64,000 nucleotides of DNA, taken from NCBI GenBank assembly GCA_050184225.1, contig JBFXAN010000006.1, positions 1,640 through 65,639 on the forward strand, given 5' to 3'. Under the pieces are notes generated by a model, which was given only the letters and a program-made list of their open reading frames with translations, was not told the origin of the DNA and made no database searches. Shown one piece after another: positions 35,562 to 44,124 of the stretch (the first letter of the stretch is position 1; every line of letters begins with the position of its first letter). A program made the translations under genes and the position numbers. Source of the stretch: Dehalococcoidia bacterium. Its GTDB lineage: Bacteria; Chloroflexota; Dehalococcoidia; CAUJGQ01.

Positions 35562-35600
35562 TTGCCAAGCGTCCATCGGTCTGATAGTATCATTATCAGA
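35562..35600 (+). promoter_or_regulatory. Predicted sigma-70-type promoter (TTGCCA-17-TAGTAT) overlapped by a perfect 7-N7-7 palindrome; candidate HspR operator
   Basis: TTGCCA at 35562..35567 and TAGTAT at 35585..35590. Palindrome TCTGATA-GTATCAT-TATCAGA at 35580..35600, about 78 nt upstream of the dnaJ ATG. Confidence 0.5.
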
Positions 35601-35677
35601 GTCGCGGGTAGCATTGTACGCAAGATCCTTCATCATGGACTCCGGCGACTCCCGGTTACTCATTGGAGGGCGGGTGG

Positions 35678-36724
35678 ATGGCAAAGGACTTCTACGAGAC
35701 CCTCGGCGTCAAGCGGGACTCCTCTGACAAGGATATCCGCAGCGCGTATCGGAAGCTGGCGCGCAAGCACCACCCGGACGTGAATCCCGGCGACAAGGCG
35801 GCCGAGGAACGATTCAAAGACATCAACGCCGCGTACGAGGTCTTGAAAGACCCTGATAAGCGGAAGAAGTACGACAAATACGGCGACCGCTGGGAGATGG
35901 CCGATCAGATCGAGGAGATGCAGCGGCAGCGTGGCGCCGGTGACTATTTCCGCACATCCACCGGCGGCCGGCGAACGACGGCCAGCGACGGTACGTCCTA
36001 CGAGGAGTTCGACCTCGGCGGCAACGACTTCAGCGACATCCTCGGCGGTATCTTTGGCCGCGGGCGCGGCCGGCCGGCGCAGCCGCGATCCCGCCGCGGC
36101 GACGACCTCGAACATCCCGTCGAGATCACGCTCGAGGAGGCGTTCAACGGCACCAGCCGCCTGATCCAACTCCAGGTGCCGGAGACCTGTACCACCTGTA
36201 GCGGCACTGGCCGGCTCGCAGGCGAGCCATGTCCCACCTGTGACGGCCTCGGCTCGACGATCCGCACGAAGCGGCTTGAGGTGAAGGTGCCGCCCGGCGT
36301 CGACACCGGCTCGCGCGTTCGCATCGCCGGTCAGGGTAATCCGGGACAAGGCGGCGGCGCCTCCGGCGACATGATCCTGCTGGTCACGGTTCAGCCGCAC
36401 GATCGCTTCGAGCGGAAGGGCGCCGACCTCTACATCGACACGCCGGTGCCGCTCACCGACGCGGTCCTCGGTGGCGAAATCGAGGTGCCGACGCTCAAGG
36501 GAACCAAGCTCCGCGTGACCGTCCCCACCAACACCCAGAACGGCCGGTCGATCCGCCTGCGCGGCCAGGGGATGCCCCGCACCGGCGGCAACCCCGGCGA
36601 CCTGTTCGCTCGGGTCAAGGTTGTCCTGCCGGCCACGCTGTCAGACCGGGAACGGGCGCTGTTCGAGGAGTTGCGCGCGATCCATTCCGGCGCCGAGGCG
36701 ACGGCGGGCAGCGCGGCACGCTGA
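35678..36724 (+). CDS. dnaJ: DnaJ-family co-chaperone (J domain, G-rich linker, only two CxxCxGxG repeats)
   Basis: [36 protein letters not shown] (HPD) and [31 protein letters not shown]. Confidence 0.9.
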   Translation: MAKDFYETLGVKRDSSDKDIRSAYRKLARKHHPDVNPGDKAAEERFKDINAAYEVLKDPDKRKKYDKYGDRWEMADQIEEMQRQRGAGDYFRTSTGGRRTTASDGTSYEEFDLGGNDFSDILGGIFGRGRGRPAQPRSRRGDDLEHPVEITLEEAFNGTSRLIQLQVPETCTTCSGTGRLAGEPCPTCDGLGSTIRTKRLEVKVPPGVDTGSRVRIAGQGNPGQGGGASGDMILLVTVQPHDRFERKGADLYIDTPVPLTDAVLGGEIEVPTLKGTKLRVTVPTNTQNGRSIRLRGQGMPRTGGNPGDLFARVKVVLPATLSDRERALFEELRAIHSGAEATAGSAAR

Positions 36725-36738
36725 CGCGGAGGTGAACG

Positions 36739-37119
36739 ATGAACGGGGGTGATCGCGTGATCCCGAGCGCCATTGACAACAACGAGCCGTGCTATGTGAT
36801 CAGCGTCGCGGCGAAGATGGTCGGCATGCACCAGCAAACGCTCCGCTACTACGAGCGGGCCGGCGTGATCGAGCCGTCGCGCTCGCGCGGCAACATCCGG
36901 CTGTACTCGCAGTCCGACATCGCCCGCCTGCGCCAGATCCAGCAACTGATCGGCGACTTCGGCGTCAATCTCGCCGGCGCCGAAGTGATCCTCAAGCTGC
37001 GCGATCATATCGTCCGGCTCGAAGAGGAGATCGAAGTGCTGCGACAGCAGCTTGCCGCCGCCCGGCTCGACCTGCGCAGCGATATGGCGAAGCAGAGCCG
37101 AAAGTCGGCGGTCGAGTAG
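36739..37119 (+). CDS. hspR: MerR-family heat-shock repressor
   Basis: YVISVAAKMVGMHQQTLRYYERAGVIEPSRSRGNIRLYSQSDIARLRQIQQL. Its position between dnaJ and clpB matches the actinobacterial/Deinococcus-type hspR operons. Confidence 0.85.
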   Translation: MNGGDRVIPSAIDNNEPCYVISVAAKMVGMHQQTLRYYERAGVIEPSRSRGNIRLYSQSDIARLRQIQQLIGDFGVNLAGAEVILKLRDHIVRLEEEIEVLRQQLAAARLDLRSDMAKQSRKSAVE

Positions 37120-37241
37120 ACGGAGCGACGGTCTCCACGGATGCAGCAGTCCGGGGGACCCACACGGGTCCCCTCTATATTCCCGGCCTTTCGCCGGGTG
37201 GCGCCGCACACCAGAACGGTGCGGAGAAGGTATCAACAACG

Positions 37242-39692
37242 ATGATGCGACAGGATAGGTTCACCGAGCAGGCCCGCGAGGCACTCGCGGCATCGCAGGA
37301 ATTGGTCCGGCAACAGCGGCACAGCCAGTGGGACGTGGAGCACGTCCTCCTCGCCCTCGTCGACCTTCAGGGCGGCCTCGCCCAGGAGATCCTGAAACGG
37401 CTCGACGTGCCCGTCGACCAGCTTCGCCGCCGGATCGCCGAGAGCCTGAATCAGACGCCGAAGCTCGCCTACGACGTGGTCCAGATCTACACCACGCCGC
37501 GGATCGTCCGGTTGCTGGAAAACGCCGACGCCGAAGCGAACCGTCTCAAGGACGAATACATCGGCGTCGAGCACCTGCTGATCGCGATCGCCGACGAGCG
37601 CGAGGGCGACGCCGCAACCGCCCTGCGTGACCTCGGCATCGACAAGGAGCGCATTTATCGCGCCCTCTCCGAGGTGCGGGGCAAGGCGCGGGTCGACGAC
37701 CCCCGCGCCGAGTCGCGCTATCAGGCGCTGGCCAAGTACTCGACCGACCTCACCGCAATGGCGGCGTCCGGCAAGCTCGATCCCGTGATCGGGCGTGAGG
37801 ACGAGGTGAAGCGCGTCATGCAGATCCTCAACCGCCGTCAGAAGAACAACCCGGTGATCATCGGCGAGGCGGGCGTCGGTAAGACGGCGATCGTCGAGGG
37901 GCTCGCCCAGGCGATCGTCGCCGATGACGTGCCGGAGAACCTGCGCGGCAAGCGGCTCGTCGCGCTCGACGTCGGCGCCCTCGTCGCCGGCTCGAAGTTC
38001 CGCGGCGAGTTCGAAGAGCGCCTCCAGGCGATCATGCGCGAGGTGCGCAAGGCCGCCGGTGAGGTGATCCTCTTCATCGACGAGCTGCACCAGGTCGTCG
38101 GCGCCGGCGGCGCCGATGGCGCGATCGACGCCAGCACGATGATGAAACCGGCGCTGGCCCGCGGCGAGCTGCGCGCGATCGGCGCGACGACGCTCGACGA
38201 GTACCGTCGCTATATCGAGAAGGACCCAGCACTGGAGCGCCGCTTTGCCCCGGTGTATGTGGACGAGCCGAGCGTCGAGGAGACGATCGCGATCCTGCAC
38301 GGCCTGCGGCCCCGCTACGAGGCGCACCACGATGTCACGATCACCGATGCCGCGCTCGACGCGGCGGCCAAGCTCTCCGACCGCTACATCACCGAACGCT
38401 TCCTGCCGGACAAGGCGATCGACCTGATCGACGAGTCGGCCTCGAAGCACGTGATCGAGGCGCAGAGCCTGACGCCGGCAATGCGCGGTCTGCGGAAGCG
38501 GCTCGACGCACTCAGCGCCGAGATGGACGCCGCTGCCGGCCGCGAGGACTACGAGGCGGCGGCGCGGGTCAAGCAGGAAGTGCTCACGCTGCAGGAGGAG
38601 TGGAACGCGGCCAAGGCCGCTCGCCAGGCCGAGCGCGGTGAGGGCGACGAGGAGATCGTCACCGAGCAGGACATCGCCTCCCTGGTCGCATCGATCACCG
38701 GCATCCCGATCGACCGGATGCTCGAGGGCGAAGCAGAGAAGCTCCTCCAGATGGAGGAGCGGCTGCACGACCGCGTCATTGGTCAGGAGGCGGCGATCGA
38801 GGCGCTCTCCGACGCGATCCGCCGGGCACGCGCCGGCCTGAAGGACCCCCGCCGCCCGATCGGCAGCTTCATCTTCCTCGGCCCCACCGGCGTCGGCAAG
38901 ACGGAGCTGGCGAAGGCGCTGGCCGAGCTGATGTTCGACGACGAGGACGCGATCGTGCGGCTCGACATGAGCGAGTACCAGGAGCGGCACACCGTCTCCC
39001 GCCTGATCGGCGCGCCTCCCGGCTACGTCGGCTACGACGAGGGCGGCGGTCTCACCGAGGCGGTGCGGCGGCGGCCGTATCGGGTGATCCTCTTCGACGA
39101 GATCGAAAAGGCGCACCCCGACGTCTTCAACACACTGCTCCAGATTCTGGAGGACGGCCGGCTGACCGACGGCCAGGGCCACACGGTCGACTTCCGCAAC
39201 ACCGTCGTCATCATGACGAGTAACCTCGGCACCGGCGACCGCGGCAAGTCGATCGGCCTGACGTTAGGCAAGCGGACGGAGAGCACCGCCGACCGGCAGA
39301 AGCTGGAGGAGAACGTGCTGCGGGCGCTGCGCGACCACTTCCGGCCGGAGTTCCTCAACCGGATCGACGAGATCATCGTCTTCGAGCCGCTCACCGAGCG
39401 GGAACTGGCCCAGATCGTCGACCTGATGGTCGAGGAAGTGCGGGAGCGCCTGGAGGAGCGGGGCGTGACGCTGACGTTGACCGCCGCCGCCAAAGACGCA
39501 CTCGTTCGCGAAGGCTACGACCCGACCTACGGCGCCCGCCCGCTGCGCCGCGTGATCCAGCGGCAGGTGGAGAACCAGGTCTCCAAGCGCCTGCTCGCCG
39601 GCGAGTTCGGCGAAGGCGACACCGTCCACGTCGACCATACGCCGGACGGCTACACCTTCACCAAGGTCGAGCCGGCGACCGCCGCGGCGTAA
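37242..39692 (+). CDS. clpB: ATP-dependent chaperone ClpB
   Basis: Clp N repeats, two AAA+ modules ([15 protein letters not shown] and [15 protein letters not shown]), and a long middle coiled coil. 816 aa from ATG 37242. Confidence 0.95.
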   Translation: MMRQDRFTEQAREALAASQELVRQQRHSQWDVEHVLLALVDLQGGLAQEILKRLDVPVDQLRRRIAESLNQTPKLAYDVVQIYTTPRIVRLLENADAEANRLKDEYIGVEHLLIAIADEREGDAATALRDLGIDKERIYRALSEVRGKARVDDPRAESRYQALAKYSTDLTAMAASGKLDPVIGREDEVKRVMQILNRRQKNNPVIIGEAGVGKTAIVEGLAQAIVADDVPENLRGKRLVALDVGALVAGSKFRGEFEERLQAIMREVRKAAGEVILFIDELHQVVGAGGADGAIDASTMMKPALARGELRAIGATTLDEYRRYIEKDPALERRFAPVYVDEPSVEETIAILHGLRPRYEAHHDVTITDAALDAAAKLSDRYITERFLPDKAIDLIDESASKHVIEAQSLTPAMRGLRKRLDALSAEMDAAAGREDYEAAARVKQEVLTLQEEWNAAKAARQAERGEGDEEIVTEQDIASLVASITGIPIDRMLEGEAEKLLQMEERLHDRVIGQEAAIEALSDAIRRARAGLKDPRRPIGSFIFLGPTGVGKTELAKALAELMFDDEDAIVRLDMSEYQERHTVSRLIGAPPGYVGYDEGGGLTEAVRRRPYRVILFDEIEKAHPDVFNTLLQILEDGRLTDGQGHTVDFRNTVVIMTSNLGTGDRGKSIGLTLGKRTESTADRQKLEENVLRALRDHFRPEFLNRIDEIIVFEPLTERELAQIVDLMVEEVRERLEERGVTLTLTAAAKDALVREGYDPTYGARPLRRVIQRQVENQVSKRLLAGEFGEGDTVHVDHTPDGYTFTKVEPATAAA

Positions 39693-39803
39693 TCCTGCAG
39701 TGGGAATCATGGCGGCCGGAGGTGTGGCACAGTCTCCTCAGGCCGCCTCTCTGTGACGGGCAGTATCAAACGATGTTGACGCCCTTCCGGTACGCGCAAT
39801 AGG

Positions 39804-40187
39804 GTGGGATTGAGGCACGCCATGAACGGTAACAGCGACGAGCCACGGGCAGGGACAATGCGGATGCGGCCAACGGAGTATCCGCACATCCTCTGGAACA
39901 TTGACAAGGAACTCCCCTGTGTTTCAGGCACCCGTCTGCGCGTCCAGGATGTCGTAGCTCAGTATGCGGCCGGGGGCAACCTCGAAGAGATCGAGGAAGC
40001 GTATCCGAGCTATTCGCGTGCGGAATTGCTGAGCGCGCTTGCGTATTACTACGACCACAAGGAAGAGATGGACGCGTTGATGGAGGAGCACCGCCGTAGC
40101 GCGGAGGCGTGGCGCGCCGAGGTTGAGGCAAGTCGAGGTCCAACAAAAGCGCAACTCGCAGCACGGGCGAAGTCAGCCCTGACGTGA
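39804..40187 (+). CDS. DUF433 (COG2442) antitoxin-like protein, copy 1
   Basis: EYPHILWNIDKELPCVSGTRLRVQDVVAQYAAGGNLEEIEEAYPSYSRAELLSALAYYYDH. GTGA overlap with the downstream ORF. Confidence 0.75.
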   Translation: MGLRHAMNGNSDEPRAGTMRMRPTEYPHILWNIDKELPCVSGTRLRVQDVVAQYAAGGNLEEIEEAYPSYSRAELLSALAYYYDHKEEMDALMEEHRRSAEAWRAEVEASRGPTKAQLAARAKSALT

Positions 40188-40530
40188 GCCTCCCGCTTTA
40201 CTTCGATCAGCACGTCCCCGGCCCAGTAGCGGCTGCACTACGACAACACAGTGTTGATGTCCTCACCGCCGAGCAAGACGGACAAAAGGGCCTCGTCGAT
40301 GAATTGCTGCTGACGCGCGCCACGTCGCTGGGGCGAATCTTGGTCACAAACGACCGTGGCTTTCACACGATCGTTGCTCGCTGGCGACAAGGCGGTCATC
40401 ATTTCGCGGGGATAGTCTACTACGGCGATCAGCACATCCCACATGGCAAGCTCATGACGATCTGTTGCTTGTTTCGAAGGTGTACGACGCCGACGACATG
40501 ATGGATCACATCGAGTTTCTCCCGCTGTGA
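40184..40530 (+). pseudogene. DUF5615 (PIN-like, COG4634 class) toxin-like gene with a 1-nt frameshift near the 3' end
   Basis: MSLPLYFDQHVPGPVAAALRQHSVDVLTAEQDG..ILVTNDRGF..HIPHGKL. After about 40455 the +1 frame reads DDLLLVSKVYDADDMMDHIEFLPL*, which matches the copy 2 tail EDLLMIAEVYSPEEMIDRIEYRPL. Confidence 0.65.
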
Positions 40531-40548
40531 GAGCATATCCTCGTCCTC

Positions 40549-40917
40549 GTGAACGCTGAGTCCAAGCGTGGAGGCGCTGCCATGACCATGCGAATGCGAC
40601 CGACCGAATACCCCCACATCCTCTGGAACATCGACAAGGATCTGCCGCGCATCTCTGGGACGCGGCTCCGTATCCAGGATGTGGTTGAGCACCACCAAGC
40701 GGGTCGCATGCTGGATGACATCATCGAAGCATATCCGAGCTACTCGCGTGCAGAGATCCTCAGTGCCCTGGCCGACTACTATGACCATCAGCAGGAGATG
40801 GACGAGTCCATGGCGCGCCGCCGTCAAGAGGCCGAAGCGCGGCTCGCTGAGATTGAGGCACGACAGGGTCCGTCGAAGGCCCGTCGCCTGGCCCGGGCCA
40901 AGTCGGCCGGTTCGTGA
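40549..40917 (+). CDS. DUF433 (COG2442) antitoxin-like protein, copy 2
   Basis: MRMRPTEYPHILWNIDKDLPRISGTRLRIQDVVEHHQAGRMLDDIIEAYPSYSRAEILSALADYYDH. Roughly 65% identical to copy 1 by eye. Confidence 0.75.
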   Translation: MNAESKRGGAAMTMRMRPTEYPHILWNIDKDLPRISGTRLRIQDVVEHHQAGRMLDDIIEAYPSYSRAEILSALADYYDHQQEMDESMARRRQEAEARLAEIEARQGPSKARRLARAKSAGS

Positions 40918-41111
40918 GCCTCAGCTTCTACTTCGACCAGCACGTTGGTATCGCATCGCGGTGGACCGCCAGCGATCGCCACTTCGCGGGCCTCGTGCGC
41001 CGGCGCGATCAACATCTGCCATATGGGAAGCTCATTGAGGATCTGCTGATGATCGCCGAGGTGTACAGCCCCGAGGAGATGATCGATCGCATCGAATACC
41101 GGCCACTCTGA
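40914..41111 (+). pseudogene. Internally deleted DUF5615 toxin-like remnant (65 aa)
   Basis: MSLSFYFDQHV is joined directly to ..HFAGLVRRRDQHLPYGKLIEDLLMIAEVYSPEEMIDRIEYRPL. About 50 central residues present in copy 1 are missing. Confidence 0.6.
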
Positions 41112-41146
41112 CCTGAATGGCAGGGGCAACAGGGAGCGCCATTCAC

Positions 41147-41259
41147 CGCCCGCCCGTTGCGCCACGTGATCCAGCGGCAGGTGGAGAACCAGGTCTCCAA
41201 GCGCCTGCTCGCCGGCGAGTTCGGCGAGGGCGACACCGTCCATGCCGACCACACCCCGG
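41147..41259 (+). pseudogene. Duplicated fragment of the clpB 3' end
   Basis: 113 nt align without gaps to clpB 39533..39645, with about 7 mismatches by eye. It encodes [28 protein letters not shown] versus clp[29 protein letters not shown]. Confidence 0.85.
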
Positions 41260-41264
41260 GGGCT

Positions 41265-41342
41265 ATGCCTTTTGAGACGCAGCCGATAGACGAGTTCATC
41301 GAGGTCGAACTCCTCTGGCATCGCATTCATCACCGCGATCAT
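41265..41342 (-). pseudogene. N-terminal fragment of a small antitoxin-like gene (paralog of 51694..51873)
   Basis: MIAVMNAMPEEFDLDELVYRLRLKRH versus IELIRDMPEEIDIQKLIYTLYIRRKIE. The similarity ends where the clpB fragment begins. Confidence 0.4.
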
Positions 41343-41387
41343 CGTGCCTATTCATAAACTGTTCCTCATCCAGCCATCTTCTGACTC

Positions 41388-42353
41388 CTACGGGATCGCC
41401 GCGAGCACGGCGTCCCAGGCGAGTTCCGACGCGAGCACTCCCAGACCGCCCTGGATCAACTGCTCCTGGCCATCGACCTGCCCGGTCGAAACCGTGTAGA
41501 AGACGTCGCCATCGGTCGCCGTGTGGAACGGCTGGATCGCCCGGCTCATCGAGCTATGGACCTCCCGGCCGAGTTGACGCAGCGCGAAGCTGCTCATCGT
41601 GATGTTGGTGACGAGCACCGTCAGCGTCGTGTTGCCGCCTGTGGGCACGCCGGCGCCAAGCTCACCCTCCAGCCGGCGTTGCACCAACGCTCGTGCACCC
41701 AGTCGTTCTCCCGACCGCGAGTCCAAATTGCCGCACACCGTCCGCCCCTGCCGATCGACGATCGCGCCAACCGCGTTGACCACGGTGAACACCGCGACCT
41801 TGGCCGGCCCTATCTCCAAGAACGCCGCCCCTTGCCCCGCCGGCTCGCCGCCGCCGAACATCTTGCCGCACGTCGCCGATCGCCCCGCGCCGCGCGCGCC
41901 CAGCGGAAAGATACCCGGACGTGCCGCACGGATGGCCGCCCGTCCCAGCGCCTTATCCGGATACACGCTGTTCTGCCGGACGTAGTCGTAAATGATCGCG
42001 CCGGAAACCACGGGGAGGTCCGTCCACCCGGGACTATAACTCCGCTGCGCCCAGATCTCGGCAGCGACGCCGGTCGCGGCTTCGAGTCCGAGCAGCGAGC
42101 CGCCGGCCAGGCAGATCGCGTCGACGACCGGATAGTCACCGACAAAGCCGATGGAACCGCCGCGCAGGTCCAGGGATGTCAGCGCGAGGCCCGGCCCCGT
42201 GAAGAGCAGCACGGTGCATCCGGTTGGTCCCTCGTCGTATTCGGCGACGCCAATCTGAAGTCCTGGGAAGTCAAACGCGAGCGCAGGTCCGTCGAACGTG
42301 GTCCGCGGCGATAGGGTCAGGGTGTCGTTCGTGATCGGGTCGGTCATCCTCAT
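41388..42353 (-). CDS. P1/S58 family peptidase (DmpA/L-aminopeptidase-like)
   Basis: GLQIGVAEYDEGPTGCTVLLF..GGSIGF..AICLAGGS. Start at MRMTDP (42353). Confidence 0.75.
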   Translation of the reverse strand: MRMTDPITNDTLTLSPRTTFDGPALAFDFPGLQIGVAEYDEGPTGCTVLLFTGPGLALTSLDLRGGSIGFVGDYPVVDAICLAGGSLLGLEAATGVAAEIWAQRSYSPGWTDLPVVSGAIIYDYVRQNSVYPDKALGRAAIRAARPGIFPLGARGAGRSATCGKMFGGGEPAGQGAAFLEIGPAKVAVFTVVNAVGAIVDRQGRTVCGNLDSRSGERLGARALVQRRLEGELGAGVPTGGNTTLTVLVTNITMSSFALRQLGREVHSSMSRAIQPFHTATDGDVFYTVSTGQVDGQEQLIQGGLGVLASELAWDAVLAAIP

Positions 42354-42653
42354 CCTCCCGCCACAGGGTACGCGCTCGACCGGCTGGCTGTGCCATAGTC
42401 CCTTGGCGGCATCGACCGATCGTGCCATGCTCGTACCATCCGACGATACGGATTTCCGCCCGTCTCCCCTGCCCTACTTCGCCTTCAATGATCAGGACGC
42501 ACGCACGGCCCCAATTGTGTACCCTCATCGACGTGATGCCTTGGTTGTCCGTCAGCATGGACGATCCGGTATCGTCGTTGACATCTGGAGCCTGGCCGGC
42601 CGGCGAGAGTCCGAAGCGCGGCCGGTTTGGGCACGATCTGGGAGGGGTCTTCG

Positions 42654-43865
42654 ATGGGCATTCGCCGCATGAAATTCGGTATCTTCCTGGCGCCGTTCCA
42701 CCGCGTGGGCGAGAATCCGACGCTCGCCCTGGCGCGTGACATGGAGCTGATCCAGTGGCTCGACCACCTCGGTTATGACGAGGCGTGGATCGGCGAACAT
42801 CACTCCGCCGGCTGGGAGACGATCGCCGATCCGGCGGTCTTCATCGCGGCCGCGGCCGAACGGACCAAGTACATCAAGCTCGGCGCCGGCGTCGTCAGCC
42901 TCCCCTACCACCATCCGCTGATGGTGGCGGAGCGGTTCGTCCAGCTCGACCACATGACCCGTGGCCGCTCGATGCTCGGCGTTGGACCCGGCGCGCTCGT
43001 CTCCGACGCCTACATGATGGGCATCGAGCCGGTGACACAGCGGCAGCGGATGGATGAATCGCTCGGCGCGATCATATCGCTGCTCCGTTGCGAAGAGCCG
43101 GTGACGATGAAGACGGACTGGTTCGAGCTGCGCGAGGCGCGGCTGCATCTCGCGCCGTTCTCCGAGCCGCGCTTCGAGATCGCCGCCGCCAGCCAGATTA
43201 CCCCCGCCGGCATGGTCACGGCGGGCAAGTACGGCGTCGGCGTACTCTCGCTCGGCGCTGGTCTGCCCGGCGGCGCCGACGCGCTCGCCAACCACTGGCA
43301 GATCGCCGAAGACGCCGCCGCCGAGGCGGGCCACACGATGAATCGAAAAGAGTGGCGGCTCGTGGCGCCGGTCCATGTCGCCGAGGACCGCGAACAGGCG
43401 CTGCACGATGTCCGGCAGGGCGAGCGGGCGCACACGCTCTCCTACTTCCAGGAGACGCTCGGCCGTCCGCCCGGCCGCGACTCCGAAGACCCGCTGCGCG
43501 AGGGCGTCGAGGCCGGCACTACCCTCGTCGGATCGCCGGAGGATGTCACGCGCGGGATCGAACGGCTGGTGGAGATGAGCAAGGGCGGCTTCGGCGGTCT
43601 GCTCTTCATGGCGCACGAATGGGCCAACCGCGAGGCAACGCTGCGCAGCTTCGAGCTCTTCGCCCGCTACGTCATGCCTCGCTTCCAAGGCCAGATCGAC
43701 ACCCTGCACAACTCCCGCGAGTGGGTCGCCAGCAACAAGAAGACGATCTTCGGCCCCAACGCCGCCGCGATCGCCAAGGCCTTCTCCGATGCGGGCAGAG
43801 AAATGCCGGAGGTACTCGCGGGAAGGTTCAAGCCAAACCCCTCCCCCGACCCCTCCCCCCGCTGA
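42654..43865 (+). CDS. LLM-class (luciferase-like) flavin-dependent monooxygenase
   Basis: MKFGIFLAPFH..LGYDEAWIGEHHS. RBS GGGAGGGG. The last ~9 codons (PNPSPDPSPR) and the TGA stop lie in a family B repeat arm. Confidence 0.85.
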   Translation: MGIRRMKFGIFLAPFHRVGENPTLALARDMELIQWLDHLGYDEAWIGEHHSAGWETIADPAVFIAAAAERTKYIKLGAGVVSLPYHHPLMVAERFVQLDHMTRGRSMLGVGPGALVSDAYMMGIEPVTQRQRMDESLGAIISLLRCEEPVTMKTDWFELREARLHLAPFSEPRFEIAAASQITPAGMVTAGKYGVGVLSLGAGLPGGADALANHWQIAEDAAAEAGHTMNRKEWRLVAPVHVAEDREQALHDVRQGERAHTLSYFQETLGRPPGRDSEDPLREGVEAGTTLVGSPEDVTRGIERLVEMSKGGFGGLLFMAHEWANREATLRSFELFARYVMPRFQGQIDTLHNSREWVASNKKTIFGPNAAAIAKAFSDAGREMPEVLAGRFKPNPSPDPSPR

Positions 43866-44068
43866 CGCGCGGAGCGAGGAGTCTTTACCTAACCCCCCGG
43901 CCCCCTTCCCTCGCAGGGAAGGGGGAGTTCTGGTTTACCGTGGTGGAACGAGGATCGTCGCTGTTCCCACACGAGCTACTGGCACCCTCGGTTGATGAGT
44001 GCACCCCCTTCCCTGCGAGGGAAGGGGGCCGGGGGGTTAGGTAAATCCGGGCCGGGGGAGGGGTCCGC
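43837..44068. repeat. Family B element remnant (copy 3) split by a nested family A copy
   Basis: The left arm ACCCCTCCCCCGACCCCTCCCCCCGCTGACGCGCGGAGCGAGGAGTC and the right end CCGGGCCGGGGGAGGGGTCCG flank 43888..44043. Confidence 0.65.
43888..44043. repeat. Family A palindromic element copy 5
   Basis: Both termini are intact. The core is GAGCTACTGGCACCCTCGGTTGATGAG. Confidence 0.9.
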
Positions 44069-44124
44069 CCCGATGATCCGCCGCCCCGCCCGTGTCGTAC
44101 AGTTGTTAGCGGGAGCAGTGATTC

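Noticed and set aside
35430-35660. Canonical HAIR (CTTGAGT-N7-ACTCAAG) or CIRCE (TTAGCACTC-N9-GAGTGCTAA) operators upstream of dnaJ or clpB.
   Set aside because: Neither consensus is present in 35430..35660 or 37120..37241. Only the non-canonical TCTGATA-N7-TATCAGA palindrome was found, and it is reported separately as a hypothesis.
37120-37241. Three short hairpins in the hspR-clpB spacer, considered as a regulatory RNA or terminator.
   Set aside because: The stems are short (6-8 bp) with no clear T-tract and no similarity to known motifs. This is ordinary structure for a GC-rich spacer, and I cannot support a call without data.
39700-41385. An intact integrative mobile element or prophage at the clpB 3' end.
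   Set aside because: No integrase, transposase or phage gene lies between or next to the direct repeats. Only toxin-antitoxin-type genes and remnants are present, so at most this is a decayed islet.
43950-43990. A sigma-54-like TGGCAC..TTGC motif in the conserved core of family A elements (ACTGGCACC-TCGGTTG).
   Set aside because: The GG-to-GC spacing is 11 nt rather than the required 10 in the copies that have TTGC. Most copies lack TTGC altogether. There is no evidence in the window that the organism has rpoN.
18480-44043. The repeated ~155-bp units considered as a CRISPR array or other regularly spaced array.
   Set aside because: The copies are dispersed kilobases apart, individually palindromic and variable in orientation. 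There is no repeat-spacer periodicity and there are no cas genes.
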